Virus record (IMG/VR): IMGVR_UViG_3300027597_000005 | Span: 1 to 57,932 of that record | Length of the DNA stretch: 57,932 nt | From: a virus | Taxonomy: Duplodnaviria; Caudoviricetes | Strand: one strand, 5' to 3' | In this document: in pieces, positions 19,455-27,500 of the stretch | Layout of the letters: every line of letters starts with the position of its first letter | How positions within the stretch are numbered: the first letter of the stretch is position 1 | The notes under the pieces: generated by a model | The model's database searches: none | Seen by the model: only the letters and a program-made list of their open reading frames with translations | What the model was told of the DNA's origin: nothing | Position numbers and translations under genes: made by a program

Positions 19455-19466
19455 TATAATTCTCCA

Positions 19467-20084
19467 TTACTCACGTCTTGCCGATGCATCAACATCAGTC
19501 AACGAAATTTCATTTTTGTTATACGCATTGAAGTTAGTAGTGAAATAATCATACTTCCAAGTTACTTCGAACATCATCACCTGATCATTAGCCTGCCATG
19601 ATAATTGGACAGGAGATACAACATATGGGAATGCATTATGAAGAACATATATTTTATCAACCTTACCAGTTTTTGTATAATGAGACACTTTTATGTCACA
19701 AACATACTTATCAATAGTTTCGGATGACGTACCATGTTCTTTGAATGTATCAAAGTTTAAGAAAGACATGGAGTTATTCCATGCTTCAAAGGCATTACGG
19801 GTTATAAAATCTTCGTCACAATAAATTGCACATGTCCAATCTTCAAACATACGATCACCAGCAACGTTAATGAAACGACCGAAGTAAGGAACAGGAATTG
19901 TACCAATAACTGAACCGGGTAGGTCTGCTGCGTTAGTCATATATGTAAAGGAAGACATTGCATTGCCTGAACCTGCTGCTGTGGTGAAAGATGCAGGTGC
20001 ACTTAACAACTCAATTTGGAATTGGTTTGGACGGGCACCACCATTTTTCAATTGCTTTCTAAATTCATTAGCATTAAATGGCAT
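19467..20084 (-). CDS. gp19: Tail tube protein
   Basis: GGARPNQF, AADLPGS.IG.I.VPYFGR...AGDR.FEDW, DEDF..RNAFE.W. Confidence 0.95.
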   Translation of the reverse strand: MPFNANEFRKQLKNGGARPNQFQIELLSAPASFTTAAGSGNAMSSFTYMTNAADLPGSVIGTIPVPYFGRFINVAGDRMFEDWTCAIYCDEDFITRNAFEAWNNSMSFLNFDTFKEHGTSSETIDKYVCDIKVSHYTKTGKVDKIYVLHNAFPYVVSPVQLSWQANDQVMMFEVTWKYDYFTTNFNAYNKNEISLTDVDASARRE

Positions 20085-20131
20085 TTTTGTTATCCTCTTA
20101 AATTAAATATCTGTTACATACTATTTAACTT

Positions 20132-20139
20132 TATTTATA
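20132..20139 (-). promoter_or_regulatory. T4-type late promoter for gp19
   Basis: TATAAATA. Confidence 0.65.
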
Positions 20140-20152
20140 TTGAGGTGAAATT

Positions 20153-20356
20153 ATGAATCGCTTTTATTGTGACATCGAATCATATAAAACCATAATACTT
20201 CAAGAACTAATATACGAACAGTATTATCTCTCCAACCAAGATGCTGTTGAACATCTCTATATACTCGAAGATCAAATAAAAATATTTTTTCATAAACAAA
20301 CACCAATACCTAGTGTTTTAAAATGGATCATGACCTACGATACATGTCTTAAATGA
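20153..20356 (+). CDS. Small hypothetical protein
   Basis: GAGG RBS; 67 aa. Confidence 0.55.
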   Translation: MNRFYCDIESYKTIILQELIYEQYYLSNQDAVEHLYILEDQIKIFFHKQTPIPSVLKWIMTYDTCLK

Positions 20357-20399
20357 TTGACAACTGTATAAATACATTGTATAATGTCACAGTTGACAT
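20357..20399 (+). promoter_or_regulatory. Consensus sigma70 promoter with a nested late promoter and an operator-like palindrome
   Basis: TTGACA(20357)-17 bp-TATAAT(20380); TATAAATA at 20367-20374; ATGTCA-cagt-TGACAT at 20384-20399. Confidence 0.8.
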
Positions 20400-20412
20400 G
20401 TAGGAGTAGATC

Positions 20413-21165
20413 ATGATACCAGTTCGCAAAAACAAGTTTGATTTTTCAAATACAGAAAAGTATTACTATAAAGATAGCAAACTTATTACCCACTTTTTTA
20501 ACGCATTATCCTCTACCTTTCCGCCCGGCGAAGATTTCTTTGTACGAGCAGTTAGGGCGCATCGTAAAAATACTAAAGACGAATTGGAAAAAGATATTTC
20601 TGGATTTATTGGTCAAGAAGCATGGCATTCTATGGCGCATAAAACCATGAATCTTTATGCGGAAACTCATAATGTTCCATTAACAAAGATAGAAGATTTT
20701 ATCAATGTTGCGTTGAAACAAATAGAAAAGAAATTGACAGTTAAACAATGTTTAGCAGTAACAGTTGCACTTGAACACTATACCGCATCAATGGGGATGG
20801 AAATACTCAATAACCCTAAATGGTTGTCATCGTTTGATGAACCATACAAGGAATTGATAAAATGGCATTCTTCCGAAGAAATAGAACATCGTCATGTGGC
20901 ATTCGATGTTTATATGAGAGATTATGCAGACGACTATAAAACTCGTGTCGCTGTCATGATTGGTGCGAGTATAATTTTCTGGGTAGCTATATCAATAATG
21001 ACTGGAATGCTATATTTCACTGATAAAGATATTGGTGTAAAGGATAAAGTATTTGGTTTATTTCATGGAACCAAAGAATTGTTAGGCCCGTCAGGATTTG
21101 TTACCAATATCCTAAAAGACCTTCCAATATTCTTCAAAAGGGATTTCCACCCCAACATGATGTGA
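20413..21165 (+). CDS. Predicted metal-dependent hydrolase (PF10118-like, ferritin-like diiron ExxH motifs)
   Basis: FNALSSTFPPGEDFF, FIGQEAWHSMAH, ALEHYTA, WHSSEEIEHRHVAFDVY, FHP. Confidence 0.85.
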   Translation: MIPVRKNKFDFSNTEKYYYKDSKLITHFFNALSSTFPPGEDFFVRAVRAHRKNTKDELEKDISGFIGQEAWHSMAHKTMNLYAETHNVPLTKIEDFINVALKQIEKKLTVKQCLAVTVALEHYTASMGMEILNNPKWLSSFDEPYKELIKWHSSEEIEHRHVAFDVYMRDYADDYKTRVAVMIGASIIFWVAISIMTGMLYFTDKDIGVKDKVFGLFHGTKELLGPSGFVTNILKDLPIFFKRDFHPNMM

Positions 21166-21573
21166 TTAGACGTATGGTTTACCTTCATGGTCATTCATGG
21201 CCATGAACAAACTCCCACCGTTTTCATGAAACTCTTTGACGTGATCTTCAAACCCCTTGTCACCAAGACCGGGGTTTCTAAATCCATTGTTATGAAATAC
21301 TTTCAAACTGGCAAGTGAAGATACTTGTCCACCAAGATCAGAATGGCGTTGTTTGGCATGTTTCAACAATTTATCCCCAATTCCTTTCCCACGTTTATTT
21401 TCATCGACGACAAAATCAACAACCGATTGTTTTCTAGGGGAATATTCTGTTTGATGTTGGACATCAATATAACCGCCATCAGTTATGATTTTTTCACCTT
21501 TATCACCAACTAAAGACTTTCCGTATGAAAAGTCTTCATTAAACATTTTCACAAAATGTGTTGTAAATTTCAT
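21166..21573 (-). CDS. GNAT-family acetyltransferase
   Basis: DFVVDENKRGKGIGDKLL acetyl-CoA motif A; ASLKVFHNNGF motif B. Confidence 0.8.
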   Translation of the reverse strand: MKFTTHFVKMFNEDFSYGKSLVGDKGEKIITDGGYIDVQHQTEYSPRKQSVVDFVVDENKRGKGIGDKLLKHAKQRHSDLGGQVSSLASLKVFHNNGFRNPGLGDKGFEDHVKEFHENGGSLFMAMNDHEGKPYV

Positions 21574-21576
21574 ATA

Positions 21577-23262
21577 TCACCATCTAAATGAGTCATCAGG
21601 GTCTTTTTCTTCCCACACACCCTTTTCGCCTTTGAACTTAACGTATGTAGGGGCATTTGTAGTATCTTGGTTATTAACGTATCCAAATGGAATAAGATCA
21701 TTTTCAATATCTTCATCCGAAAAATCACGCATATGTGGCAATATATTACCATTAGCTAATTCATGAAAATAATTATCCTGTGTCAAAAATGCTAATAACA
21801 CTAAAGTCATGACCATATCATCATGGTTTCCGGGTTCAGCGGAATAACCATCACCCTTCTTGGAGAATGTTCTCAATTCTTTGATGGTCGCCTCATCACG
21901 CAACAACATGGTATTTTGTTCAAGCATTAACTTCAAAACCGAACATCCAAGACGTTTAACCGTGGTGGTGGTGCGCAACCCTATTTCTACACCCCTTCCA
22001 AAGCCTGTAGAAAGACGTTTACCGGCCCTTCCGGCAGATTCTGTACTTAGGATGTTCTCGTAGCCGTAATCGTATTGTAGAAGCACAGCGACCTGTTCTC
22101 CCAAGTCGTTTGTTTCGACAATAGTGTATGCATTGTTATACATTTTTGCAATACGATAAATCCAACTTGCATAATCGGTTGGGGTTATTTTATTATTACG
22201 GAAAATACAAACTTGACGATACGGAACTTCTGTAACATCAAAAACGCTAAATGCAGAATAATCCAACCCTTTACCACGTGAAACGTCACACGTCATAAAA
22301 TATATTCTGTCTTTTTCTGGTAATTCAAATTGTTTTAAAAAATCATTTGACGTAATGGGTGGGACTGGTAATAATCTACCTAATGTACTTGAGTTTAGAA
22401 GTGTACCAGCGGAGCCTAAAAACTCACCTTCATATTCTTGACGAAAACGGTCAAAGTCATAGTTCAAAGCTTTTAATGTGTCTGACTTCCATTTATCGTC
22501 ACGATTAGGTATTTTATACCAAGGTGCAAAAATAGGCGTAAATCCATTAAGTTCAACTTTTCCAGACTCATCTGGCGTACCATCAGTCGCCCCTTTCCAG
22601 AAATCATAGAAATGATTCAAACCATTAGGGGTACTCGTGAACAACATTTTTGTTGTTTTACCAGAAGAAATAGTTGGGAATGTTGATGCGTAAAAATCAG
22701 TCCAATTTTCAACGAATGCAGTTTCGTCAATGTATAAGAACGCCATAGACTTACCACGAATGGAACTTGAAGAAGAAGCCGCAGCAATGATTTTAGATTC
22801 GTTAGCAAACTCAACAGAACCCTTGTTCCATTCTTTAACCCCTATTTGCATCCAACGGGGAAGATTTTCATACGCCATTTGTATACGGTCTAAAATTTCA
22901 CGTGCTGAGTCCGCTTTATTGGCAAGTAGACCAATGCGTTTAGCATTATTGAAAATAGCAAAATGCAATAATACAATCGTTGCCACTGTAGTTTTACCTT
23001 GTTGACGACCAGTCAATACAATAACACGTCGATTGTTCAATGTAGCTTCAATAATTTCTTTTTGGAAATCATATAATTTAATTGGAATAACACCATAGTC
23101 AACACTAACAATCTTAATATATTTTTCAGCCCAATAAACCGGGTCAATAGAACAGCGATATAATTCTTGTATTTGTTCTAGTGTTAATGATTGTTTTGTT
23201 CCGGGTAGTTTTAGATTAGGATTACCATTATAACCCAATTCCCCTGTTAATTTCTGTGCCAT
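21577..23262 (-). CDS. gp17: Terminase large subunit
   Basis: YNGNPNLK, RQQGKTT, IRGKS, YIDETAFV, STPNGLNHFY, DVSRGKGLDYS, HDDMVM. Confidence 0.97.
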   Translation of the reverse strand: MAQKLTGELGYNGNPNLKLPGTKQSLTLEQIQELYRCSIDPVYWAEKYIKIVSVDYGVIPIKLYDFQKEIIEATLNNRRVIVLTGRQQGKTTVATIVLLHFAIFNNAKRIGLLANKADSAREILDRIQMAYENLPRWMQIGVKEWNKGSVEFANESKIIAAASSSSSIRGKSMAFLYIDETAFVENWTDFYASTFPTISSGKTTKMLFTSTPNGLNHFYDFWKGATDGTPDESGKVELNGFTPIFAPWYKIPNRDDKWKSDTLKALNYDFDRFRQEYEGEFLGSAGTLLNSSTLGRLLPVPPITSNDFLKQFELPEKDRIYFMTCDVSRGKGLDYSAFSVFDVTEVPYRQVCIFRNNKITPTDYASWIYRIAKMYNNAYTIVETNDLGEQVAVLLQYDYGYENILSTESAGRAGKRLSTGFGRGVEIGLRTTTTVKRLGCSVLKLMLEQNTMLLRDEATIKELRTFSKKGDGYSAEPGNHDDMVMTLVLLAFLTQDNYFHELANGNILPHMRDFSDEDIENDLIPFGYVNNQDTTNAPTYVKFKGEKGVWEEKDPDDSFRW

Positions 23263-23322
23263 ATTTTATAACCTAAAATGTAAGTTCATAAAATATATAT
23301 TAAATTTTTGTCAAAATATGTA

Positions 23323-23345
23323 AAAGGCGCTTTCAAAGCGCCTTT
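23323..23345 (-). terminator. Terminator-like hairpin
   Basis: AAAGGCGCTTT-C-AAAGCGCCTTT. Confidence 0.65.
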
Positions 23346-23988
23346 AGGAAGTAGTCGGTGTACTCGACAAGGGTTTATATTTTTTAATCTTCTGTATCAA
23401 TTTGTCATATTCTGGTTTGTCTTGATTTTTGTAAATGTGATCAACAATGGTATTTTCATGTAGACCATGAAGCATTTCAACTTCATTTGGTGTAAATGTA
23501 TTTGCCATATGCTTATCCAAATTACGATACACATGCCAATGTAAACGATTTAAATCTTGATCGTAATCAGGAGAGTTTATATTACCTTTATGTTTTGTAT
23601 TGAAAGAGTCTAACACTCTCGCTTTTAAAGCATTTACTGTTTTTGCCTTATTAGATGCGAATGAATCATATGCTGTTTTAATTTCTTCACGTGAATATTT
23701 CACTGGCTTTTCACGAGTAAAAAATCCTTCTGTTAAATCTGATTCATCCTCGGACAACTCATGCGCAGAATCAACACGATACGCACCACGAGACAGAGAA
23801 TGTAAATGGATTGATGCTAATTTTGCCTCGTTTGCATCACGAACATTAAAAATTTTATTTGCCACGGGAGTTTCTTCACCATTATCCCCTTTTATAAAAC
23901 CACGAACACGATAATGTTTATCACCGGAAAATAAACTTTCGAATATTTTTTTGATAACCATTTGTTCCAAAGATTTTTTAATATCCAT
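23344..23988 (-). CDS. Putative head-internal protein
   Basis: Start ATG 23988; IFES, LSED and LTEG motifs. Confidence 0.65.
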   Translation of the reverse strand: MDIKKSLEQMVIKKIFESLFSGDKHYRVRGFIKGDNGEETPVANKIFNVRDANEAKLASIHLHSLSRGAYRVDSAHELSEDESDLTEGFFTREKPVKYSREEIKTAYDSFASNKAKTVNALKARVLDSFNTKHKGNINSPDYDQDLNRLHWHVYRNLDKHMANTFTPNEVEMLHGLHENTIVDHIYKNQDKPEYDKLIQKIKKYKPLSSTPTTS

Positions 23989-23989
23989 T

Positions 23990-24550
23990 TCAGTTACCTT
24001 CCTTATGGTGTCTATTCCAAAACTCAGTATGACCAAGAATCAAGTCTTTATGTTTAGCATCCGAGTTTTTAATAGTTTTATAAGAGTTTTTATCATATAA
24101 ACGACCACCAATCTTACTGTCTTCAAACGCCAAAGGCGATCTGTAGAAATAGTGGGAAGGAGACATATTTTTCAATGTCTTAGCCACGTCCTCATTATCC
24201 TTTGTTGATGCAAGGACATGAGAAACCATACGAGCGGTATATTCATTAGGATTTTCATGAACATCTTTGCGAATTGATTCTGCATGACCACCAACACCAG
24301 CAAATTTTGTAGCCAATATTTTATAGGCTTTTTCACGAACAGTGCTTCTATGTGGGCCTGTAGCTACATCATTCAAACGCTTCGCCAATTCTTCATTTGA
24401 GTGTTTGCCCGTATGTGAAAATAATTCTTCATAAGGCAAATTTTCAACATACTTATGCATAGGGACAACATTTTCATCGTCATACCCTTCTGGGCTTTCA
24501 TTCAAATGTGTTTCAATTTTATTTTCAAAATAATTTGTGAAAAAATTCAT
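23990..24550 (-). CDS. Putative head-internal protein
   Basis: AAGGA RBS; MNFFTNYFENKIETHLNES leader. Confidence 0.65.
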   Translation of the reverse strand: MNFFTNYFENKIETHLNESPEGYDDENVVPMHKYVENLPYEELFSHTGKHSNEELAKRLNDVATGPHRSTVREKAYKILATKFAGVGGHAESIRKDVHENPNEYTARMVSHVLASTKDNEDVAKTLKNMSPSHYFYRSPLAFEDSKIGGRLYDKNSYKTIKNSDAKHKDLILGHTEFWNRHHKEGN

Positions 24551-24594
24551 TTTAAAATTCCTTTTTATTTTTAACTATTTAACATTGAAGAACC

Positions 24595-27500
24595 TTAGTT
24601 CTTCAATGCAATAGCACGGAAACGTTTTGACCTTGGGATAATAGAACGATATCTATCATCACCTCTCGCAATTGTCGAAGAGTAAACAACTTTAATAACA
24701 AAGTTTGTAAAGTCTTCTGGTGATTCATACTGATATTTTGTTTCAGTGAAAACACCAATATCGTTAAATGAGTTACCACTAACAACTGTCATTTTCTTCC
24801 ACTGTGCATCATCCAATGTGACTGAGGTTGGAGTTGTTGAAACCTTACAATACACATCAATTTGTGTTCCCGATAACAAATTATTATCCAAATAAACTTG
24901 AAGTTCATTAGATGGGTTTACGAGTGTAACATTCTTGGTTGCATAACGAGCAATAGAATTATTCACTTCATATGTTATGCTATTATCATCCAATACTGCC
25001 GAGTCATTGAACTCATTGATACGATTATTAACAACATACATACCAACCTTATTAATATCAATAACAGGTGAGATATATTCATTAGGTGACGATATAGAAG
25101 CTGTTAATTGCATTGATTGGTCATTGTTTGATTTAACAACTTTCAATGTTCCCAAATCAATTAATTTATCTTCTATAATACCATAATTAGTTGAATCAAC
25201 AACCAAATTAGAGTAATATCCTTTAGCCTTCAAATTCCATTCTAATGACGTTCCATTCAACACAACGGCATCAGTATTCAAACGAACCATTGAATATGGT
25301 ATAACTTGAGAAGCAGTTATTTGGGTTCCGCCACCATTCAATACAGTTTGTGTGTTTGTTGCCCCTGTTACTGTAAAGCTATAAGTATCAATAGTTTCGC
25401 TTGTTATGGTATGTGAACCACTCAAGTCCGCAATCGTAAAGTCACCTAATACTATGTTACTACCACCATTATAGTTAGGATCAGATGGATAAGTTATAAT
25501 AACGGTATCACCAACCTTGAAACCATGATTTTTATGTTTCACAAAAACAGTAGAACCATCATCATAAGTAACATTAATATCAGCACCAATACCATCACCA
25601 GTAATTGTCAAAGTAGGGGCAGATGTGTAACCAACTCCATAATTTGTTATTTGGAAACCAGTAATTGATGCGTATACAATTGCATCCGCAGTAGCACCAG
25701 TTCCATCACCAGTAATAAGTATCGAAGTTGAAGCCGGGTCATAACCAGTACCACCATCAACCACTGTAATAGCAGTTACAGCACCACCACTAACAGTAAC
25801 ACTGACTGTTGCACCAGTACCAGTACCAACGACACTTGCCGATGCAGTAGTATAACCACTGCCACCTAAAGAAACGTTAACGTGATCCAAACTTCCCCTT
25901 AAAATTGGGTCAGCCGCAAACCCTGAACCACCCCCACCAGCAAATGCAAATGAAGCTGTTGTGTATCCAGAACCACCAGCCAATACATCTAGGTTAGGGC
26001 CGTAATACACAGACATCGGGTTGTTGTCAAGCAATTTCTTAAAAATATTTGCCTCTCCGTCAATGTCACTGTCTAACAATTTGTTGGTAAATGTTACATT
26101 ACCAGTTACATTATTGTCAAACTTGGCACGATAAATTGTGAACTTAATATCCTGAGATTGTTCTGCTGTCCAAGTGCTATGGTTTTGTGACTTGAACATA
26201 GTTCCCAAGTATGGCTGTTTGTTGATATATTCGCCAGTGAATGTGTTGATATCTCCCGGTCTAACAGCTTTCTGTCCCAATTCGGAACACCATAATGACA
26301 AATCTTCTGAGTTTGAAGAAACAACAAAAGCATATTCTTTATTAGGTTCCAAATAAACAGGATGATCAAAAGTGAACCTAGTAGGAACTGTTGAATCCAA
26401 CGAACCATAAAATACGTTCACGTCAACAGATGCAACCACATTCTTTCCGGGATAACCATTAACCATATCACATATTTGCAAATTAACAGGAGTTCCATCA
26501 ACACCAGCAATATCATCAGCTTCTGGGCCAAAATATAAATCCATTGATGTTATAAATGCGCCTTCTGGGTTTTCAATCACAAAAGATTGAGCAACAGGGT
26601 CATACCAATAATCATTTGTTGAAACAACACGGGTTGTAACAAAAACGTTTTGTAGTGTTACAGATGTGCCAGAAGCATCATAATTTCCAGTCGCACTTGT
26701 TGAGGGATTCTCAATGACATCTTTTACCTCAAACTTACGAACACCAGTTTTGAAACGCAAATTACTGTTATTTGGTATTAAGAACCAACCATTAATAACA
26801 CCAGCACCATTTGATTTCAATGTTTGGGTGTTACTTTGTGTAGTGTTCCACCATCCAAAATCATACCAGAAATACCAATAGTACCAGAAATACCATGTTG
26901 GGTACGAAATGGTGTTGTTAATTGTTTGGTAACAATACTGTGAAACATCAACGCCATCAAAATATGGCTTAACGACAGTATTTGGCTTCAATCCTGTTAT
27001 TCTAAATTGTACCCATCTGCTACGTATCCAAGGAACAGCCCCAACATCAACAGTACGTGTACCTACATAAGATGTTTGTGTGGTTGTTGTTGTATTTCTC
27101 CATTGGCGGCCTCTACCAAAAGAAAACCCCACAACATCTGTTCTTGCCGATGTTGATGAAGTAGTGGAACCATTGTGAACCATAGCATTTTCTTGGCCCA
27201 CAAAAACTTGTGCCGCCAAATCCCAAACTTTATTCTGTATAGTACCAGCACTTGTACCGCTTGGGTATGTTCCACCATCTAGTGTCAAATCAGGAGCGTA
27301 TTGGTAAGTAACCCAACGATCCACGTTTGGTGTAAGCTTTACACGACCACGCCATGCATACTGAACAAAAGGCTGCAAGCGTACAAGAGTAGAGGCCAAG
27401 CTTTGTTTAACATGTGCTACTTCGGTATAAGGTAATGTAATAATTCCATCATTATCTTGTGTGTTTGTATTTGTAGTAGAACTTAATTCCAAGTTAACAT

